Positions 8,774 through 18,655 of a stretch of DNA of 58,930 nucleotides are shown here, piece by piece. The DNA comes from a virus. Lineage: Duplodnaviria > Caudoviricetes. Made by a program: the position numbers and the translations under genes. Positions within the stretch are counted from its first letter, which is position 1; each line of letters starts with the position of its first letter. The stretch is from positions 1 through 58,930 of IMG/VR virus record IMGVR_UViG_3300049488_000015, one strand, 5' to 3'. Under the pieces are notes generated by a model. It made no database searches. It worked only from the letters and a program-made list of their open reading frames with translations, and was not told the DNA's origin.

Positions 8774-9244
8774 ATGAAAACACTGAAAGTATTGAAATCC
8801 CATCCGGATGCAGTTATTCCCAAGTATGAAACGGATGGAGCGGGCTGTTTTGACATTGTGTCAATCAGCGAAGGCGGCGTTGGGCTTTCCAATGGTGCTA
8901 TGGTGTTCCGAACTGGTTTGAAGTTCCAAGTTCCGGAAGGTTATACGATGCTCGTTTTCAGTCGGAGCGGCCATGGCTTCAAAAGCGATGTTCGGTTGTC
9001 CAACTGTGTTGGCGTCATTGACAGCGACTATCGCGGCGAATTGCTTGTCAAGCTGCGCTCCGATGCACCTGCTTCGTTTGCAGTTCTCAAGGGTGATCGC
9101 ATTGCTCAAGCGATGCTTATTGAAACTCCTCGTTTTGTACTTGAAGAAGTTTCTGAATTGAGTGAAACTGCACGAGGTGAAGGTGGCTTTGGAAGCACTG
9201 GAACTCAGCGCAAGTTTTTTGGCCAAAACCCTCAAGTCCTGTAG
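8774..9244 (+). CDS. dut: trimeric dUTPase
   Basis: Motifs GCFD, RSG, GVIDSDYRGE, DRIAQ, RGEGGFGSTG; GAGG SD before ATG 8774. Confidence 0.95.
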   Translation: MKTLKVLKSHPDAVIPKYETDGAGCFDIVSISEGGVGLSNGAMVFRTGLKFQVPEGYTMLVFSRSGHGFKSDVRLSNCVGVIDSDYRGELLVKLRSDAPASFAVLKGDRIAQAMLIETPRFVLEEVSELSETARGEGGFGSTGTQRKFFGQNPQVL

Positions 9245-9253
9245 GAGAACAAC

Positions 9254-9703
9254 ATGACCGCAATCCCCGAAAATACTGTCACCCAGAAAGATCTGGAAGA
9301 ATGGTATCGCTTGAAAGAGCAGCTCGCATCTGTCAAAGCTTCCGAAATGCTGCTTCGGCAAAAGATTTACAAGGGTTTGTTCATTGATCCGAAGGAAGGA
9401 ACCAATAGCGTTCCGCTCGGCAACGATGGTTGGCTTATCAAAGCCAAGCGTGTTATCAATCGCGATGTGGATCAAGCTGCTTTGCAGCACAGCATGGCTA
9501 TTGACGAAGCCACAAAGATGTCTCGCCTGAGTGCTAACGGCATTCACGTGGAACAACTCATCAAATGGACTCCGGAACTCGTTACCAAGGCTTATCGCCT
9601 TCTGACCGAGGAACAAGTCAAGATTTTTGACGAAGTCCTTATCATTAAGGATGGTTCGCCGTCCCTTGAAATCGTTCTACCTACTTCTGCAAAGAAGGGA
9701 TAA
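9254..9703 (+). CDS. hypothetical replication-module protein
   Basis: AGGAG SD; 149 aa; no motif confidently assigned. Confidence 0.75.
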   Translation: MTAIPENTVTQKDLEEWYRLKEQLASVKASEMLLRQKIYKGLFIDPKEGTNSVPLGNDGWLIKAKRVINRDVDQAALQHSMAIDEATKMSRLSANGIHVEQLIKWTPELVTKAYRLLTEEQVKIFDEVLIIKDGSPSLEIVLPTSAKKG

Positions 9704-10194
9704 TGAACGTCACAATCCTTACGGATGCCAGCCACTGTCCTGATTTAAAAGTGGCTGGTTATGGTTTCTGGATTGCATCGGAACGAGGTAAATTGCCTGG
9801 ATCTGGTGCAATGAAGAATCTAGTGCGAACCAGTACATTGGCGGAAATGCAAGCTGTGGTCAATGCCCTGTGGAAAGGTGCTAAAGCTGGACTAATTCAA
9901 AAAGGGGATGAACTACTAATCCAAATTGATTGTGAGGCAGCAATTTATGCCTTCAGGCATAAACGAAATGTGGCAGATGATGAAAAACAAGTTGTTGAAC
10001 AGCTTTATCTGATACTAACCACATTAGATTTGAAATGCAAATTCCGTCACGTTAAGGCTCATACTGGAAGCGAAGCAGCAAGATCCCGCGCCAATGATGC
10101 TTGTGATAAACGTGCTCGGAAAGCGATGCGTCGCGCTCGTATTAAATTGAAAATTCAACAAGCTCGGGAGATTTTAAATGAAACAGTATCTTAA
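9703..10194 (+). CDS. RNase H (HI-like)
   Basis: ILTDAS, AEMQA, QIDC, HVKAH, NDACD catalytic pattern. Confidence 0.9.
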   Translation: MNVTILTDASHCPDLKVAGYGFWIASERGKLPGSGAMKNLVRTSTLAEMQAVVNALWKGAKAGLIQKGDELLIQIDCEAAIYAFRHKRNVADDEKQVVEQLYLILTTLDLKCKFRHVKAHTGSEAARSRANDACDKRARKAMRRARIKLKIQQAREILNETVS

Positions 10195-11038
10195 ACTGCT
10201 GGAACGTGTCTTGGAAGAAGGCAAATGGCAGGGTAACAGGACAGGCATCCCTACCAAACGCATCGAGGGTGCAATGCTGGAATTTAACTTGAAGGAGGGT
10301 TTTCCCGCAGTCACGACAAAAAAGCTTGCCTGGAAGAATGTTGTTGGCGAACTATTAGGCTTTATCCGCGGTTATACCGATGCAGAAATGTTCCGAGAAC
10401 TCGGATGTAAAGTCTGGGATCAAAATGCAAATGAAAATGAAGCCTGGCTGGCCAACCGTAACCGAGTCGGGAAAGACGACCTTGGGCGTATTTATGGCGC
10501 ACAGTGGCGGAATTGGACTATCCCATACAGCAGCCAAACAATTGATCAGCTGGCAAATGCTGTGCATGATGTCATGTTTAACCCGACTAGCCGTCGCATC
10601 ATTGTAACAGCTTGGAATCCGGGTGAAATGGATCTTATGGCGCTCCCACCTTGCCATATGACTTATCAGCTGCTTGTTGATGTTGATGCTAACGAAGTAT
10701 CGCTTTGTATGTATCAGCGTTCTTGCGACCTATTCTTGGGCATTCCATTCAATATTGCGTCGTATGCTCTCTTGCTTGAAATGATTGCCGCAGCTACGGG
10801 CAAGAATGTGGGCAAACTTGTGATGTTCCTGGCAGATGTACATATCTACCAAAATCATATGGAACAAGTCCTTGAGCAACTCAAGCGCGAACCTCTGCCG
10901 CTTCCGCAGCTCAAGATCAAAGATGTGTTTTTCAATAGCTCAATAGGTTTGAATCGAATGCTCGAAGCAGAACCAGATGACTTTACGCTGGAAAACTATG
11001 TTTCGCATCTTCCAATCAAAGCGGAGATGGCAGTATGA
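10178..11038 (+). CDS. thyA: thymidylate synthase
   Basis: SRRIIVTAWNP, MALPPCH, YQRSCDLFLGIPFNIASY, HIYQNH. Confidence 0.97.
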   Translation: MKQYLKLLERVLEEGKWQGNRTGIPTKRIEGAMLEFNLKEGFPAVTTKKLAWKNVVGELLGFIRGYTDAEMFRELGCKVWDQNANENEAWLANRNRVGKDDLGRIYGAQWRNWTIPYSSQTIDQLANAVHDVMFNPTSRRIIVTAWNPGEMDLMALPPCHMTYQLLVDVDANEVSLCMYQRSCDLFLGIPFNIASYALLLEMIAAATGKNVGKLVMFLADVHIYQNHMEQVLEQLKREPLPLPQLKIKDVFFNSSIGLNRMLEAEPDDFTLENYVSHLPIKAEMAV

Positions 11039-11982
11039 AGCCGATGCTTGCTGAAGATTATGTGGAAGTAAAACTTCGCTTCCCGTTGATTGCACAACCC
11101 AAGATTGACGGTGTTCGGGGCTTGAATATGCTTGGAAGTCTAACAGGCAGAAGTCTAAAGTCCCACAAAAACAAATATACATCCAAGTTCTATAGCCATT
11201 CCAATTTGGTTGGTTTGGATGGTGAATTGGCTGCCGCCTGGGAATGCGATCCGGATCTTTGCCGTAAGACTTCGTCTGCTCTTGGTACAATTGAAGGCAA
11301 GCCTTATACGCTATGGTGGCTGTTTGATTACATTACACCTCAGACACGTTTGCTTGGATACAAAGACCGTTATGAAGCTTTGACGGAACGTATCCGAGAG
11401 CTTTACCACATCAATAACCCTGTCTGGCAGCATCTCCGAATTGTACCGAGCGTTCTTTGTCATAACCTTGAAGAGCTTCTTGCTTGCGATGCAAAATGGC
11501 TCGAAATGGGCTTTGAGGGTACTTGCATCCGCGATCCAGATGGCTTGCATAAGCAAGGGCGTTCAACTGTTCGTGAGATGGGCCTGCTTCGCATTAAGCG
11601 ATTCATTGAATCCGAGGCGCTTATTGTGGGAATCACGGAGGGTGAAACAAATGTTAATGAAGCTCAAATCAACGAGCTTGGAAAGACATTTCGGACTTCA
11701 CATAAGGATGGTAAAATCCCGAATGGTATGGTTGGCAGCATTCAAGGTAAGCAAATCAAGGATGTTTTTGACCCTACCAGACCGGGCGTGAAAATCTTGG
11801 AAGATGGTCAAGATATCACAATTTCTACTGGTACGCTGACAGAAGCAGAATGCAAATTCTACTTTGAAAATCCGGGTCAGATTATCGGAAGGATTTCGAA
11901 GTACAAGTTCTTCCCAAAGGGTATGAAAGACAAGCCGCGTTTTCCAAACCATCAGTCTTTTAAGATCGAGAGCGACATATGA
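11035..11982 (+). CDS. ATP-dependent DNA ligase
   Basis: KPMLA, KIDG adenylation motif, LDGEL, FEG, RIKRF, PRFP. Confidence 0.93.
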   Translation: MKPMLAEDYVEVKLRFPLIAQPKIDGVRGLNMLGSLTGRSLKSHKNKYTSKFYSHSNLVGLDGELAAAWECDPDLCRKTSSALGTIEGKPYTLWWLFDYITPQTRLLGYKDRYEALTERIRELYHINNPVWQHLRIVPSVLCHNLEELLACDAKWLEMGFEGTCIRDPDGLHKQGRSTVREMGLLRIKRFIESEALIVGITEGETNVNEAQINELGKTFRTSHKDGKIPNGMVGSIQGKQIKDVFDPTRPGVKILEDGQDITISTGTLTEAECKFYFENPGQIIGRISKYKFFPKGMKDKPRFPNHQSFKIESDI

Positions 11983-12218
11983 AACTCACATCTGTGCAGC
12001 GGGTTGATGAAGCCCCTTCAAATCTGACTAATAAAGAACTCGTAAGTCATATTTGTCATTACTTCCCAAATCTCCATGGGCCCTTGCGTATGATGTTTGA
12101 ACGCTTTGCTCATAACGCAAGTGCAATCAACAATGACTTTGAAACAGATACCAAGAATATGGATCTTGGTTCGTGTCCGCATTGTGGTTCTCTGCTCGAA
12201 GTGAATATCACGATTTAG
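11979..12218 (+). CDS. hypothetical protein with C-terminal CPHC
   Basis: ATGA overlap; 79 aa. Confidence 0.65.
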   Translation: MKLTSVQRVDEAPSNLTNKELVSHICHYFPNLHGPLRMMFERFAHNASAINNDFETDTKNMDLGSCPHCGSLLEVNITI

Positions 12219-12298
12219 TACGGTCGTTTCGTGCTATACTGTTTCAACGGTACAGCAATTCCCGTAAGTTAATCTGAATTGCAGAAAACGAGGTTAAG

Positions 12299-13129
12299 AT
12301 GAGTTTCCTTCAACAAGTTGCAACAGGTCGCAGGCCTCAAGGTATCCGAGTTGCCATCTGTGCTCAAGAAAAAATGGGCAAGACAACTCTCGGTTGCGGC
12401 GCACCTGATTCGCTTCTGGTTCCGCTCGAAGTTGGTTACGAAAGTGTCACCTCCGCAAAAACTCCCATGATTCAAACTTGGGACGAGTTGCAAGGTCTGC
12501 AAGGCGAAATCTTTGCAGCTCTGCAAGCTGGACAGTTTCCTTACAAAACCATCGTTTATGACAGTGCAACTGCTCTTGAACGAATGATTCACGACAAGAC
12601 ATTGTCGCGCGATCCGGCGTATGGAAAAGGCAATGCTAAAGCTGTTACGATGGAAAGCGCCTTGGGTGGATATGGAAAGGCATACACTTATGCCAACGAA
12701 CTTTTCGATATCTTCCTGAAACAGTGCGACCAACTGGCTGTCTATGGCCAAGTCAATATCGTTATCACCTGCCATGCGTTCGCTTCCAAGATGGTTGATC
12801 CGCAGTCCGGTGAATACGATTCTTGGGATATTCTTCTGCATTCGCCGAAGAACAACAAGACGTATGGCAAGCGTGAAATGCTCACCCAATGGGTTGATAT
12901 GCTTGGTTTCTTGTACGAACCGATGTATATTAGCAAGGGTGAAGACAAAGTTGCAAAGGGTGTCAGTGCGAACAAGGGCCGAGTCCTTGGTCTGTCCAGA
13001 AGCCCTGCCTATGTTGCGGGAAACCGTTATGGTATTATTGGCGAAATTGCAATACCGCCTGTTGATGGTTGGAATCATTTGGCAAACGCCATCTACAACT
13101 CGTCAGGCGTTGATGTTTTCAAGAGGTAA
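12299..13129 (+). CDS. AAA_24-type ATPase (Sak4-like recombination protein)
   Basis: Walker A-like QEKMGKTT, YKTIVYDS, GGYGKAY; upstream of a DUF669 gene. Confidence 0.85.
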   Translation: MSFLQQVATGRRPQGIRVAICAQEKMGKTTLGCGAPDSLLVPLEVGYESVTSAKTPMIQTWDELQGLQGEIFAALQAGQFPYKTIVYDSATALERMIHDKTLSRDPAYGKGNAKAVTMESALGGYGKAYTYANELFDIFLKQCDQLAVYGQVNIVITCHAFASKMVDPQSGEYDSWDILLHSPKNNKTYGKREMLTQWVDMLGFLYEPMYISKGEDKVAKGVSANKGRVLGLSRSPAYVAGNRYGIIGEIAIPPVDGWNHLANAIYNSSGVDVFKR

Positions 13130-13173
13130 GCGACTCCTCATAAAAGTCGCATCTTCCTAGCTAGGGGAATTAA

Positions 13174-14004
13174 ATGGCAATTCTTAATTTTGATGCAAAC
13201 ACCGTCGTACCGGATACCGGCAGTTTCGAAGCACTCCCGGCAGGCTGGTACAAGGTAATGATGGAATCGTCGGAAATGAAACCGACGAAGGACAACAACG
13301 GTTCGTATCTTGAATGCAAGTACAAGATCCTGGATGGGGTTCATAACGGCAAGAGCGTCTTCGGACGCCTTAACCTTCGCAATGTCAACGCCCAGGCTCA
13401 AGAAATTGCCTACAAGCAACTATCCGCGATTTGTCATGCAACCGGCATTCTGCAAGTTGCTGACTCTGCCCAACTGCACAACATTCCGCTCCAGATCAAA
13501 CTGAAGCTGCGCGAAGCTCGCAAGGAACTGGACGCACAAGGCAATGTGGTCAAGGAATACGAAGCCAGCAACGAAATTAGTGCGTACAAGAACATCAATG
13601 AACAAGTCGGCGCCCCGGCTGTCGGCGGTTTCCCTGCTCAAGTTGCTCCGCCTGCACCTGCTTTCATGCCGCCGCCTGCTCCTCCTGCTTTCGCTCCCCC
13701 GATGCAACAAGCACCGATGCAACAAGCACCGCAGTTTGCTCCGCCCCCTGCTGCCGCTGCACCTGCCGCGCAAGCCCCGCAATGGCAAGCACCGGCAGCG
13801 CAACAACCCTGGCAAGCCCCCGCCGCTGCCCCTATTGCTGCACCGCAGGCTCCTCAGTATGCTCCAGCTTCGGTTCAACAAGCTCCGGTTCAGCAGCCGC
13901 AAGCCCCTCAACAGTACGCCCCGGCGCCGGTTCCGGCAGTCAATCCGGCAGTTGTCCAAGCTGCAACTCCGCCTTGGATGCAGCCGCAAGCTCCGCAGGC
14001 TTAA
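13174..14004 (+). CDS. DUF669-family ssDNA-binding protein with Pro/Ala/Gln-rich tail
   Basis: FEALPAGWY...KPTKDNNGSYL...QLSAICHA...NEI; low-complexity C-terminal half. Confidence 0.85.
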   Translation: MAILNFDANTVVPDTGSFEALPAGWYKVMMESSEMKPTKDNNGSYLECKYKILDGVHNGKSVFGRLNLRNVNAQAQEIAYKQLSAICHATGILQVADSAQLHNIPLQIKLKLREARKELDAQGNVVKEYEASNEISAYKNINEQVGAPAVGGFPAQVAPPAPAFMPPPAPPAFAPPMQQAPMQQAPQFAPPPAAAAPAAQAPQWQAPAAQQPWQAPAAAPIAAPQAPQYAPASVQQAPVQQPQAPQQYAPAPVPAVNPAVVQAATPPWMQPQAPQA

Positions 14005-14023
14005 TTGCTGCTGTTTTGACCTT

Positions 14024-14052
14024 AAAGGGATGTCGAAAGGCATCCCTTTTTT
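14024..14052 (+). terminator. Rho-independent terminator
   Basis: AAAGGGATGTC-GAAA-GGCATCCCTTT followed by T tract. Confidence 0.85.
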
Positions 14053-14064
14053 ATTAAAGGGAAT

Positions 14065-14601
14065 ATGATGCTTAGTTACAACGAACTCTGGCAACTATAT
14101 CACAACGGCGTCTTGCAAGACCTTGGAAGTACCGATCAAATACAAGGGTCTTCTATTGATGTAAGGCTTGGCAAGATTGTCATGGTTGAAAAACCGGGCG
14201 AACACCATATTGTGTTGCGTAATCGCGATGCAATGCAGATGGAATCGATTGATATTACCGATAACGGATTTGATTTAGGTCCGGGAGAGTTTATCCTTGC
14301 ACACACTGAAGAAATGTTCTTCATGCCTGATTATCTCAGCGCAACATTCCATCTCAAATCAACTTCCGCTCGGTCTGGCCTTGGTCATTTGCTTGCTGTA
14401 CATATTGATCCAGGATTTAATAATTCTACTTTGACCCTTGAAATTCATAACGTAAGTCGTTACCATACAGTAGAACTAAACAGGTACGACGCTATTGGAC
14501 AGATAATGTTTTGGCGTCACGAAGAAGTTCCTGACTTTGCATCATACAAGTCGCGAGGCCATTACAATAATGACAGAATCGTTAGCGGGGTGAAAAAATA
14601 A
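14065..14601 (+). CDS. dcd: dCTP deaminase
   Basis: SSIDVRLG, PGEFILAHT, KSTSARSGL, IDPGF, TLEIHN, IGQIMF. Confidence 0.9.
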   Translation: MMLSYNELWQLYHNGVLQDLGSTDQIQGSSIDVRLGKIVMVEKPGEHHIVLRNRDAMQMESIDITDNGFDLGPGEFILAHTEEMFFMPDYLSATFHLKSTSARSGLGHLLAVHIDPGFNNSTLTLEIHNVSRYHTVELNRYDAIGQIMFWRHEEVPDFASYKSRGHYNNDRIVSGVKK

Positions 14602-15503
14602 TGTATATCGCAACCAAGACTCTTGATCTAATTAATTCAATGATTCAAAAAGATCAAGGTGCAAAGTATCGTGAATGCTTGGGTAAGGTCATTAACCACA
14701 TTGGTGACGCTTACAATCCTGAAGAACAAACATTCCGAAGTCACCTTGGCGCTTCTATGATTGGTCGCGAGTGCGCCCGTGATATTTGGTACGGTTGGCG
14801 CTGGGCAGTTAAGCCTAATTTTGATGGACGTATGATTCGTCTATTCAACCGTGGCCATTTGGAAGAAGCTCGTTTCATTGCAATGTTCTTGATGATTGGT
14901 TGCGATGTATATCAACAAGATGCAAACGGTAAGCAATATCGTATTAGCCATGCTGAAGGTCACTTTGGCGGAAGTGGCGATGGTATAATTGTAGGTCTTC
15001 CGGATCTTGCCCCGGGAACTGCGGCACTTGCAGAATTTAAGACACACAATTCCAAGTCCTTTGCCAAGCTTGTTTCTGTTGGCGTAAAAGAAGCAAAGCC
15101 TGAACACTATGTTCAGATGAATACTTATATGGGCAAGATGGGTCTAGCTGTTGCCATATACGGCGCAGTTAATAAGGATAACGATGAATTGCATCTTGAG
15201 CTCATTGCTTATGATGCAAATGTTGCAGGTGAATTTCTTGACCGAGGCGAACGACTTGTTTGGATGGAAACGCCTCCGCCAAAAATAGGCTCAACTGTCG
15301 GCTTTTGGAAGTGCCGAATGTGCAATAATAAGGGTGTTTGCCATATGAGCGATGCACCGAACGTGAATTGTAGAACTTGCGAGTTCAGCCGACCAATAGC
15401 TGGAGCTCAATGGGAATGTACAAATCCAGTTTGTGCTGGAGTGATCCCTAAAGAGTTCATGCTCACTGGTTGTTCTCATTACGAAAAGAAGAAGGTATTT
15501 TAA
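14601..15503 (+). CDS. Cas4-like PD-(D/E)XK exonuclease
   Basis: LGASMIGREC, GSGDG, EFKT, QMNTY, C-terminal CRMC..C Fe-S ligands. Confidence 0.85.
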   Translation: MYIATKTLDLINSMIQKDQGAKYRECLGKVINHIGDAYNPEEQTFRSHLGASMIGRECARDIWYGWRWAVKPNFDGRMIRLFNRGHLEEARFIAMFLMIGCDVYQQDANGKQYRISHAEGHFGGSGDGIIVGLPDLAPGTAALAEFKTHNSKSFAKLVSVGVKEAKPEHYVQMNTYMGKMGLAVAIYGAVNKDNDELHLELIAYDANVAGEFLDRGERLVWMETPPPKIGSTVGFWKCRMCNNKGVCHMSDAPNVNCRTCEFSRPIAGAQWECTNPVCAGVIPKEFMLTGCSHYEKKKVF

Positions 15504-15504
15504 T

Positions 15505-17241
15505 ATGATTCAAGCCCGTAGTTATCAAGTTGAAGCGGTTAGTAGCATCTACAGTTATTTTGCATCGAAGCAAGGTAATCCGCTGATCGCGATGCCTACG
15601 GGCACAGGTAAATCTGTGGTCATCGCAATGTTCTTGCAGAGTGTTTTCCACAGTTACCCGGACCAAAAGATTCTCTGTTTGACGCACGTCAAAGAACTTA
15701 TTGAACAGAACTACCTTAAATTGCTATCTATTTGGCCTAATGCTCCAGCTGGCGTAAATAGCGCAGGCCTCAAGCGTCGGGACACGATTAATAAAATCAT
15801 CTTTGCTGGTATTGCATCAATTGCAAAATGCTGGCGTGACTTTGGTTTTGTTAATCTGGTTATGATTGACGAAGCCCACCTTGTGAGCCCCAATGACGAA
15901 ACAATGTATCGTACTGTCTTGGAAGGTCTTAAAAGCATCAACCCTCATCTTAAAGTAATTGGTTTGACTGCAACTCCATGGCGCTTAGGCCAAGGTCGTA
16001 TTACACAGGACGGCATATTTACAGATATATGTTTTGACATTACAGGTTTGTCTGCTTTCAATAGACTGATTGCAGAAGGTTTTCTTGCACCTGTAGTTCC
16101 GAAGCGTACTCAGACAATGTTGGATACTGAAGGTGTCCATATGCGAGGAGGCGAGTTTATTCAAGCTGAATTGCAGAACGCTGTTGATAAAAGCGAAATT
16201 AGTTATGCTGCTATCAAAGAAGCTATGGAGGTAGGATATGACAGAAAACATTGGCTTATTTTCTGTGCTGGCGTAGAACATGCAATTCACGTCAGTGATA
16301 TGCTTAATAGCTGCGGAGTTAGCTGTTTGCCTATTCATAGCAAGCTGAGTCCAAAAGAGCGTGACGATGCAATTCGAAAGTTTAAATCTGGGGAAGTTCG
16401 TGCATTGACGAATAACAATGTATTGACCACAGGTTTCGATATGCCTGGGATTGATCTTATTCTAATGCTGCGCCCAACCCAATCGCCTGTTCTTTGGGTT
16501 CAGATGCTAGGTCGCGGAACACGTCCGTGTGAAGGTAAGGAAAACTGTCTTGTTTTAGACTTTGCTGGCAACACAAGACGGCTTGGCCCTATCAACGACC
16601 CTGTAATACCAAAAAAGAAGGGTACTAAGACAGGGGAAGCGCCAATTAAGCTGTGCGAGTGCTGTGGCACTTACAACCATGCGAGCGCCCGGTTCTGTGG
16701 AGGGCAAGCTTTCCCAACTGTACAGGGCTGCGGCCACGAGTTTAAGATTATGACTAAACTCAAGCAATCTGCAAGTACAGAAGAATTAATTAAAGGGGAT
16801 GCTCCTGTTGTTGAAGTATATACAATTGACACAATAACTGTCAGCAAGCATGAAAAGCACGATAAACCGCCTGCAATGAAAGTGACGTACTACTGCGGTC
16901 TAAAACACTTTACAGACTATGTCTGCTTGGAACATGAAGGTTTTGCTTCTCGTAAAGCTAGAGAATGGTGGCGGGAGCGTCGCGCAGAAGGAATGAGCAC
17001 CGTAGTTCCCGAGACAACAGAACATGCAATTTCTCGTTTCAATGAATTAAAGTCTGCCACACATCTTCGCGTCTGGGTAAATAAGAAGTATCCAGAAATA
17101 CTTGCTTACTGCTATGATAATACTGCCTTTGGTACAATAGAAGCTCCAAAGGTAGAAATAACAAAGCCTATTGAACCTCCCTTGCATGTTCCGGATGTAG
17201 AAGATCTGGAAGCATATGAATCCGACGATATTCCATTCTGA
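15505..17241 (+). CDS. SF2 DEAH helicase (RadD/YejH-like) with Zn finger
   Basis: PTGTGKS, DEAH, TATP, LTTGFD, QMLGRGTR, LDFAGN, CECC. Confidence 0.93.
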   Translation: MIQARSYQVEAVSSIYSYFASKQGNPLIAMPTGTGKSVVIAMFLQSVFHSYPDQKILCLTHVKELIEQNYLKLLSIWPNAPAGVNSAGLKRRDTINKIIFAGIASIAKCWRDFGFVNLVMIDEAHLVSPNDETMYRTVLEGLKSINPHLKVIGLTATPWRLGQGRITQDGIFTDICFDITGLSAFNRLIAEGFLAPVVPKRTQTMLDTEGVHMRGGEFIQAELQNAVDKSEISYAAIKEAMEVGYDRKHWLIFCAGVEHAIHVSDMLNSCGVSCLPIHSKLSPKERDDAIRKFKSGEVRALTNNNVLTTGFDMPGIDLILMLRPTQSPVLWVQMLGRGTRPCEGKENCLVLDFAGNTRRLGPINDPVIPKKKGTKTGEAPIKLCECCGTYNHASARFCGGQAFPTVQGCGHEFKIMTKLKQSASTEELIKGDAPVVEVYTIDTITVSKHEKHDKPPAMKVTYYCGLKHFTDYVCLEHEGFASRKAREWWRERRAEGMSTVVPETTEHAISRFNELKSATHLRVWVNKKYPEILAYCYDNTAFGTIEAPKVEITKPIEPPLHVPDVEDLEAYESDDIPF

Positions 17242-17248
17242 GGTTATT

Positions 17249-17947
17249 ATGTACGTCAGTATTGATATGAAAGAAATGAAGGTTATTCATAAACATCCTT
17301 CATGCAATGTTGTCTTGAACCTTGTTTATTTGGAATGCCCGAAAAGCGAATGCCACGTATCTTCAATTGATATGTGCCTTAAAGACAAAACAGAACTTGA
17401 ACTTAAAATGCTCTACCGTAACATGATCGGTGGCGAAAAGTTTCCTGCTGATCTGCGTCGTGTTGTGCTTGACCACATATTCAACAAAGTTCCAATTAAC
17501 GACGTTATTCCGGAAGAAGTTGTAAGGCTTGCATCAAATGTGGGAAGCAGCGATCGCAAGGTATATAAATATATCAAAGGTCAGTTTTCTTCGTTTCTTA
17601 ATCCTTCTATTTTCCAAACTATACCGGAAGCGCCAAAGGTTCATGCCGCGCCTCCGCCTGCATACTTTGCAAAGAAGCCTTCCATTCTTGACGACTTGAA
17701 TGAGGATGATCCGCTTCCGCCTAAAGATGAATATATACCTCGAGCACCTCGTGAAAGTTCCGGGCCTAGCGACAGACCAAAGGCAGGATCTACAACAGGT
17801 AAAGTATGGGATATTGCAGATGCATTTGCTGCCACAATAACGGACGATAAAGCATTGCGTAAATCTGTCATTACAGAATGTGAAGCACAAGGTATTAATA
17901 AATCAACTGCATCTGTGCAATTTGGTAAATGGAAAGCAAGCCGCTAA
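17249..17947 (+). CDS. hypothetical protein with C-terminal putative DNA-binding domain
   Basis: GAGG SD; RPKAGSTTGKVW...GINKSTASVQFGKWK domain shared with the next gene. Confidence 0.75.
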   Translation: MYVSIDMKEMKVIHKHPSCNVVLNLVYLECPKSECHVSSIDMCLKDKTELELKMLYRNMIGGEKFPADLRRVVLDHIFNKVPINDVIPEEVVRLASNVGSSDRKVYKYIKGQFSSFLNPSIFQTIPEAPKVHAAPPPAYFAKKPSILDDLNEDDPLPPKDEYIPRAPRESSGPSDRPKAGSTTGKVWDIADAFAATITDDKALRKSVITECEAQGINKSTASVQFGKWKASR

Positions 17948-17955
17948 AAGATTAC

Positions 17956-17984
17956 TTGCCATATCAGACACTATGCGGTACTAT
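17956..17984 (+). promoter_or_regulatory. putative sigma70 promoter
   Basis: TTGCCA-17 nt-TACTAT. Confidence 0.6.
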
Positions 17985-18039
17985 ATGTTTGCTGCATTAA
18001 ACAACTCAACCCGAACTGAAATAACCAAGGAGAAATACC

Positions 18040-18579
18040 ATGACCGAAAAGACCGCTGAACAACTCGCCGCCGAAAAGCTGGCTGCCGAACAAGCTGCTG
18101 CCGCCAAGGCTGCTGAAAAGGCTAAGAAGGATGCCGAGAAGGCTGAAAAGGCTACTGCCGCCAAGCTGAAGAAGGAACAAGACTCTGCCTCTTCCAAGGC
18201 CAAGAAGGAAAGCGAAAAGGCTGAACGCGAAGCCAAGAAGGCTCAGGAAAAGGCTGACAAGGAAGCCGCCAAAGCTGCCAAGCTCGCCGCCAAGGAATCC
18301 GTCAAGATGCCGGAACAAAACGGTATCCGCCGTCCGAAGCCCGAAACCGAAACGGGCAAGGTCTGGGCACTGGCCGACACCATCTCCGCTTCCCTCGGTC
18401 AGCCGACCCCGATTGCCAACCTGCTGAAGACCGGCCAGGAACAGGGTCTGAACGACTCGACAATCCGTACCCAATACGCTCGCTGGCGCGCCTTCCACGG
18501 CATCACTGGCCGTGTGTCCCTGCCTGCTGCTGAAGCCCCGGCTGCTCCGGTCGCCCCGGAAGCTCCCGCCGCTCAGTAA
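18040..18579 (+). CDS. Lys/Ala/Glu-rich putative DNA-binding protein
   Basis: AAGGAG SD; H1/TolA-like low-complexity N-terminus plus RPKPETETGKVW domain. Confidence 0.8.
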   Translation: MTEKTAEQLAAEKLAAEQAAAAKAAEKAKKDAEKAEKATAAKLKKEQDSASSKAKKESEKAEREAKKAQEKADKEAAKAAKLAAKESVKMPEQNGIRRPKPETETGKVWALADTISASLGQPTPIANLLKTGQEQGLNDSTIRTQYARWRAFHGITGRVSLPAAEAPAAPVAPEAPAAQ

Positions 18580-18594
18580 GTTTTGCGGTATAAT

Positions 18595-18624
18595 AAAAGG
18601 GTCGGCATAACGCCGGCCCTTTTT
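18595..18624 (+). terminator. Rho-independent terminator
   Basis: AAAAGGGTCGGC-ATAAC-GCCGGCCCTTTTT. Confidence 0.8.
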
Positions 18625-18655
18625 AATGTGTGACACACCGTAAGGTAATCGGAAC

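Noticed and set aside
14601-15503. Cas4-like gene as evidence of a CRISPR-Cas system
   Set aside because: No other cas genes and no repeat-spacer array; solo Cas4-like nucleases are common in phage replication modules
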